Below are positions 59,295-64,000 of a stretch of 64,000 bases of DNA, piece by piece. The stretch spans positions 160,001-224,000 of the forward strand of contig JAZAMN010000011.1 of assembly GCA_036229005.1 (NCBI GenBank). Reading direction: 5' to 3'. Each line of letters starts with the position of its first letter. Position 1 is the first letter of the stretch. This stretch comes from Myxococcota bacterium. Its GTDB lineage: Bacteria; Myxococcota_A; UBA796; CAJQPC01. Below the pieces are notes generated by a model. That model was not told the DNA's origin and did not search any database. It saw only the letters and a program-made list of their open reading frames with translations. The position numbers were made by a program, and so were the translations under genes.

Positions 59295-61199
59295 ATGCTC
59301 TTGCTATTGGGCTGCTTGACCTCGCCGGGGGAGTACCAAGACCTTCTGGCGAAGTCGAAGGACTTTGATGGGGACGGCTACGACGCTGTAGAGCACGGCG
59401 GACTGGACTGTGACGACGAAGACCCCACTGTGGGGCCGCAGTTTGACGAGTACTGCGATGGGAAGGACAACGACTGCGACGCGGACGTGGATGAAGACGC
59501 TGCGGACGGTCTGAGCTGGTACCGAGACTGGGACGAGGACGGCTTCGGCGAGGACGCAGAGGAGGTCTTCTCCTGCGAGGCACCCGAGGACTACGTCGAT
59601 GAGCCTGGGGACTGCGACGACCGGGACCCAGCGATCCACCCTGACGCGCCGGAGATCTGCGACGGCGGGGTCGACAACAACTGCAACGGCCTCGCCGACG
59701 ACGAGGACCAGGTCGACCTGAGCTCAGGCAGCACCTGGTACCTGGACGAAGATGGGGACGGTTGGGGCACCGAGAGCCTTCAAGCTTGCGAGGTGCCAGA
59801 GGGATACGCAACCAAGGACGGCGACTGCGACGACACGCTTCGCAAGGTGAATCCTGGGAAGACCGAGGTGTGTGGGGACGGGCTGGACAACGACTGCAGT
59901 GGTGGGGCGCCGGAGTGCGGGATTGTGGGGGAGTACAAGTTCTCCACGGCGGATCACGTCCTATGGGGCGGCAGTCACGGAGACCTATTTGGGATGTCCG
60001 TTGCTGTGGTTGAGGCCACAGGGGAGATCATCGTGGGCGCTCCCGGCGACGACCTCCAGGCAGAAGACGCGGGAAGGCTCGAAGGCTTCAGCAACACGAC
60101 CATGAGTTCGGGGTCCCAAGACTGGAACTTGTTCTTTGCAGAGAGCGGTCAGCGAGGTGGCGGAATGCTCTTCGACCTCGGGGACCTGACAGGGGACGGA
60201 GTGCCGGAGGTGCTGGCAGGGGGACTGGACACCTACGACACAAGCGGGGTCGCGAGCTTGATGAGCTTCAACGGGACCAAGTGGACAGAGGAAGCGGTAC
60301 TGCAAGGGGCACAGGACACCTTTGGAATTGCAGCTGCTGGCCTTCCCGCGACAGGGAACGGCGGAGTGGGGCTGGCCATCGGCGACCCCATGTACCTCTA
60401 CGGGATTGGAGCCGTTCATGTTTGGCTGGACTTGCCGGCGGGGAACCAAGGGGTGAGCGATGCGGACATTCGCATCCTCGGCGAAGACGACGACCAACAA
60501 CTGGGTCAGATCAATTCACTGACTAGCGGGGACTGGGACGGAGACGGAGTGACCGCCCTGTTCATGGGGACCGGTCTTGGAGAGGGATTCGTGGATGCTC
60601 CCTCAACCTGGACTACTGGCGACAGGTTGGTCTCTGACACACAAACCCGGGTCAGATCCGGGGAGGAGGACTCCATGCTCGGGGTGGGGGCGGCGACGGG
60701 TGACATCAACGGCGACGGCTACCCCGACCTCGTGTTGTCGGCACCAATGCACGACACGTCGGTGCACGCCGACGTTGGCGTTGTGTTTGTCTTCTCCGGG
60801 TCCCCCAGCCCGTGGGGGCCATCCGTTGGAACCGGAGACGCAGCCACAACCATAGTTGGCGACTTCGACGGAAGCGGCTTCGGATTCGGTCTAGCCCTTG
60901 GAGATGCCGATGGAGATGGGACCGACGATGTCGCCGCCAGCTACGGAAGCTCCGCGCTGAGAAGATCCTATGTAGCCGTCTTCACGGCCATTCCGAGTGG
61001 TGAGGTCGACTTCGCACAGGCCACGGCGACTATCGAGGGACAGGGCGACGAGCCCTGCGGGCAATTTCGGAGCGTCCATCTCGGAGACCTGAACGGAGAT
61101 GACATGGAAGACTTGGTCTTGGGATGTCCGGAGGCCTCGGAGGATGTCTGGGCCGACGAGTTGGGCGCCGTGAGCGTCTTCCTCACCCAAGGCCTCTGA
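59295..61199 (+). CDS. Lipoprotein with Cys/Asp-rich putative metal-binding repeats and FG-GAP repeats
   Basis: Three DCDD...E.C-DG.DN.C repeats; GDxxGDGxxD repeats; AGGAGG SD. Confidence 0.88.
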   Translation: MLLLLGCLTSPGEYQDLLAKSKDFDGDGYDAVEHGGLDCDDEDPTVGPQFDEYCDGKDNDCDADVDEDAADGLSWYRDWDEDGFGEDAEEVFSCEAPEDYVDEPGDCDDRDPAIHPDAPEICDGGVDNNCNGLADDEDQVDLSSGSTWYLDEDGDGWGTESLQACEVPEGYATKDGDCDDTLRKVNPGKTEVCGDGLDNDCSGGAPECGIVGEYKFSTADHVLWGGSHGDLFGMSVAVVEATGEIIVGAPGDDLQAEDAGRLEGFSNTTMSSGSQDWNLFFAESGQRGGGMLFDLGDLTGDGVPEVLAGGLDTYDTSGVASLMSFNGTKWTEEAVLQGAQDTFGIAAAGLPATGNGGVGLAIGDPMYLYGIGAVHVWLDLPAGNQGVSDADIRILGEDDDQQLGQINSLTSGDWDGDGVTALFMGTGLGEGFVDAPSTWTTGDRLVSDTQTRVRSGEEDSMLGVGAATGDINGDGYPDLVLSAPMHDTSVHADVGVVFVFSGSPSPWGPSVGTGDAATTIVGDFDGSGFGFGLALGDADGDGTDDVAASYGSSALRRSYVAVFTAIPSGEVDFAQATATIEGQGDEPCGQFRSVHLGDLNGDDMEDLVLGCPEASEDVWADELGAVSVFLTQGL

Positions 61200-61205
61200 A
61201 GCACC

Positions 61206-61231
61206 AAGGGCGGCCCCGAAGGACCGCCCTT
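61206..61231. terminator. Hairpin between convergent genes
   Basis: AAGGGCGG...CCGCCCTT inverted repeat with a CGAA/TTCG loop. Confidence 0.6.
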
Positions 61232-61252
61232 GCTCAGCTCTCAGCCTGCGAA

Positions 61253-62398
61253 TCAGTCGCGGCGGCGGAAGAGGAGGGCCAGGCCCGCCAGCAGCATGCC
61301 GAAGCCCGCGAAGGAGCCGCCGGTGCTGGTGGTGGAGCAGCCAAAGAGGCCGTCAGCCTCGCCGGGGTCGGCGAAGGGGTTGGTGGGGCCGCCGGAAGGA
61401 TCGCCGGAGGGGTCCTCTTCCTCGCTGCCGGTGTCGTCGCCGAACCAGGGCTCGCCGGTGTCGCCGGTGTCCTCGGAGCCGGTATCACCGGTGTCGGCGG
61501 GCTCGTCAGGGGTGTAGGCGGGGCGGGAGAGTTCGATGTCGGTGACCTCGACGGAGAAGTAGCGGTTGGACCACCCCGTCCAAACGCTGCCCTCAGTACC
61601 ACCGAACAACTCCAAGGTGTCGATGGTGAAGGTGGAGCCTTCCTCTGCCTGCATGACGAGGAAGTACTCGTAGTAGGCGGACTGCTCCTTTCGATCGCTG
61701 GTCTCAAGGGTGGTGGACCAAAGCATCTCGCCAGGGCGTCCGTTGACGATGGTGTTCCAACGGTAGAGCTCGTTGGTGTACTCGGTCTTGACGTTGTACT
61801 CGCTGGAGACATGTCCCTTGGTCTGGACAGTCACCTCCGCGGTGGCGTTGGTCTCCGGGTCTGTCACCTTCTTTGCGCCCATCGCGGAGCCCTCAGCAGA
61901 GCCTCCCACGCCGTAGCTGTTGCGGAGAGTGACCTGACCGTACGACTCCATGCCGTAGTTCTCGAAGGGAAGACTCCAATCCCAACGGAAAGCCTGAGTA
62001 CTTCCGTAGTCGGCCGAAACCAGAACCTCCTGCACGGGGAGTGCGCTCGACGTGGAGAGGTACTGGGACTCTCCCAGCTTCGGGGTGGTCCGGGCCTTGA
62101 TCACCGCGACGTAGAAGTCCGAACCGCGGTCGATGGAGCTCTCAAACCAGAAGAACTCGACGATGCCGTCGATGCTGCTGCCGTACTCGTCCTCGGCTCC
62201 CATGTAGAGGGTGTTGCCAGACCAGTAGGTGTAGGTGGTCACCCCTTCGTCCGCGGTCGGCCCCGGACCGTGGTCCACGAAGTCAACGTCGGTCTGACCG
62301 TCCAAGATGACCGCACCGGTGTAGCTGGTCTCTGCATCAGACAGACCGCCGCCCTCTTCTGCCATGGCCAGGGAGCTGAGGAGAATGGTCGCGAGCAT
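61253..62398 (-). CDS. Secreted beta-rich protein with a MYXO-CTERM-like sorting signal
   Basis: Short signal peptide, DTG linker, C-terminal GCSTTS-hydrophobic-RRRD; GGAGG SD. Confidence 0.82.
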   Translation of the reverse strand: MLATILLSSLAMAEEGGGLSDAETSYTGAVILDGQTDVDFVDHGPGPTADEGVTTYTYWSGNTLYMGAEDEYGSSIDGIVEFFWFESSIDRGSDFYVAVIKARTTPKLGESQYLSTSSALPVQEVLVSADYGSTQAFRWDWSLPFENYGMESYGQVTLRNSYGVGGSAEGSAMGAKKVTDPETNATAEVTVQTKGHVSSEYNVKTEYTNELYRWNTIVNGRPGEMLWSTTLETSDRKEQSAYYEYFLVMQAEEGSTFTIDTLELFGGTEGSVWTGWSNRYFSVEVTDIELSRPAYTPDEPADTGDTGSEDTGDTGEPWFGDDTGSEEEDPSGDPSGGPTNPFADPGEADGLFGCSTTSTGGSFAGFGMLLAGLALLFRRRD

Positions 62399-62548
62399 GG
62401 GAACCTCCGAGAAATCGTGTGCCGACTCTACCGGTAGCCTGAAGGGTCGTCCAATCCCAGTCAGGGAACGCCCGAAAGAAGCGTGCCAACCTGGGCCGAG
62501 TTTTCTTACACCCTGGCCCGCGGCCCGTGCCAACTTCGCGCGCCCCCC

Positions 62549-62580
62549 AAACGAACAAGGCCCCGCCCGAAGGCGAGGCC
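62549..62580 (-). terminator. Terminator after ftsZ
   Basis: GGCCTCGCC-TTCG-GGCGGGGCC then TTGTTCGTTT. Confidence 0.7.
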
Positions 62581-62602
62581 CTGCCAGTCCCTCCCTACAA
62601 GA

Positions 62603-63721
62603 TCAGTCGGCGTTCTTGTAGAAGGTAGGGATGTCGTAGTCGTCGTGGCTCAGATCGAAGCCCGAGGACATCTGCTTGCGACCGCCGGTGCGGGCGCGGC
62701 CACCGCCGGCGACCTGGGCGGCGACGCGGCGCTCGACGCTGGGGAGGGCCGACTGGCGGGCCTCCTCGAAGCCGGTGGCGATCACCGTCACGCGGGTCTC
62801 GTCTTCCATGGTGTCGTCGATGACCCAACCCCAGATGAGGTTGACGTCCTCGTGGCACTCCTCCTGGATGAGGGTGGAGGCCTCGTTGATCTCGTACATG
62901 GTCAGGTTCGAGTTGCCGGTGATGTTCATCAGCACGGAGGTGGCGCCGCTGATGCTCACGTCGTCCAGCAGGGGGCTGGAGATGGCGCGCTGCGCAGCGT
63001 CCACGGTCTTGTGCTCACCAGAGGCCGTGCCCACACCCATCAGAGCGACGCCCTTGCTGGCCATGGTGGTCCGAACGTCGGCGAAGTCGACGTTGACGAT
63101 GCCCTCGTTGTTGATGAGGTCGGAGACGCCCTTCACGGCCTGCAGCAGCACCTGGTCGGCCAGGTTGAAGGCCTCCTTCATGGTGGTGCGCTCGTTGGCC
63201 ATGGAGATCAGGCGCTGGTTGGGGATGGTGATCAGGGTATCGACCACACCCTTGAGGGTCTCGATGCCCTCTTCGGCCTGACGACGGCGCTTCTTGCCCT
63301 CGAACCAGAAGGGACGGGTGACCACGCCCACGGTCAGGGCGCCGGCCTCCTTGGCGAGCTGGGCCAGGACCGGTGCGGAGCCGGTGCCGGTGCCGCCGCC
63401 CATGCCTGCGGTCACGAAGACCATGTCCGCGCCCACGACCAGCTCGGCCAGACGGTCGCGGTCTTCCAGGGCGGCCTCACGACCGACCTCGGGGTTGGCG
63501 CCAGCGCCCAGGCCCCGGGTGAGCTGACCGCCCATCTGGAAGCGGCGGGTGGCCAGGCTGCGGCGCAGGTCCTGGGAGTCGGTGTTGACCGCGATGAACT
63601 CAACACCCTTCATCCCCGAGGAGATCATGGTGTTGATGGCGTTGTTGCCGCCGCCTCCCACGCCAATCACCTTGATCTGGGCGCCGTCAGGCAGCTCGTT
63701 TTCGATGAGCTCGATGTTCAT
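62603..63721 (-). CDS. ftsZ: Cell division protein FtsZ
   Basis: [26 protein letters not shown]-terminal DIPTF. Confidence 0.99.
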   Translation of the reverse strand: MNIELIENELPDGAQIKVIGVGGGGNNAINTMISSGMKGVEFIAVNTDSQDLRRSLATRRFQMGGQLTRGLGAGANPEVGREAALEDRDRLAELVVGADMVFVTAGMGGGTGTGSAPVLAQLAKEAGALTVGVVTRPFWFEGKKRRRQAEEGIETLKGVVDTLITIPNQRLISMANERTTMKEAFNLADQVLLQAVKGVSDLINNEGIVNVDFADVRTTMASKGVALMGVGTASGEHKTVDAAQRAISSPLLDDVSISGATSVLMNITGNSNLTMYEINEASTLIQEECHEDVNLIWGWVIDDTMEDETRVTVIATGFEEARQSALPSVERRVAAQVAGGGRARTGGRKQMSSGFDLSHDDYDIPTFYKNAD

Positions 63722-63814
63722 TGGAGGGGCTCCGGGAGGGACTGTTTGGAGGGGAGGTTTCGGGCGAGGCCCGAGGGGGGATTTCGGGAAGGGGTGCGCA
63801 GGGAGCGCGGGAGC

Positions 63815-64000
63815 TCAGGAGGCCAGGGGGGCGGCCACCGCCATCCCGTCCATGTCCAGGTCGACATCGAGGGGTTGGCTCAGGTCGAGGCCATGGTCGA
63901 GCATGGCCTCCAGGCGGGAGATCGCCTGATCGGGCGAACGGTAACCCATTCGGATCCGCGTGCCATTGCGCAGCAACACAGAGAATCCAAGCAGCGGATC
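63815..64000 (-). CDS. C-terminal end of a probable cell division protein FtsQ (partial)
   Basis: Not in the ORF track. Manual translation DPLLGFSVLLRNGTRIRMGYRSPDQAISRLEAMLDHGLDLSQPLDVDLDMDGMAVAAPLAS* fits the FtsQ beta-domain end, not FtsA. Confidence 0.6.
   Translation of the reverse strand, partial: DPLLGFSVLLRNGTRIRMGYRSPDQAISRLEAMLDHGLDLSQPLDVDLDMDGMAVAAPLAS

Overview
High-GC bacterial chromosome segment, most likely Myxococcota or a related deltaproteobacterial lineage (MYXO-CTERM-like tail, acidic D/T-rich linkers, TsaP-dprA linkage). It is dominated by core genes: the tRNA-tuf-secE-nusG-rplKAJL-rpoBC-rpsL-rpsG-fusA-rpsJ-rplD superoperon (minus strand, 1-18.3 kb), an envelope, chaperone and metabolic block (18-36 kb), tRNA-Glu/Lys, purA, xerC, topA, dprA, the rimP-nusA-infB operon, pal-cpoB, a glycosyltransferase/LarA-like cluster, secreted proteins and the end of the dcw cluster (ftsQ-ftsZ). 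I see no CRISPR array, IS element or prophage. The most notable unexplained items are: (1) two inverted arrays of a phased 31-bp repeat followed by a multi-hairpin segment in the 57.5-58.2 kb intergenic region; (2) a ~230-aa non-intein insertion in RpoC; (3) genes missing from normally fixed operon positions (rplC, rpmG/tRNA-Trp, rbfA, ftsA); (4) extremely short, uncharged signal peptides across the window; (5) a MYXO-CTERM protein resembling beta-pore-forming toxins; (6) a duplicated tRNA-Glu 3' end plus terminator with an inverted T-arm copy; (7) an inverted, actinobacterial-type topA. All family assignments come from motif recognition by eye; no searches were run.
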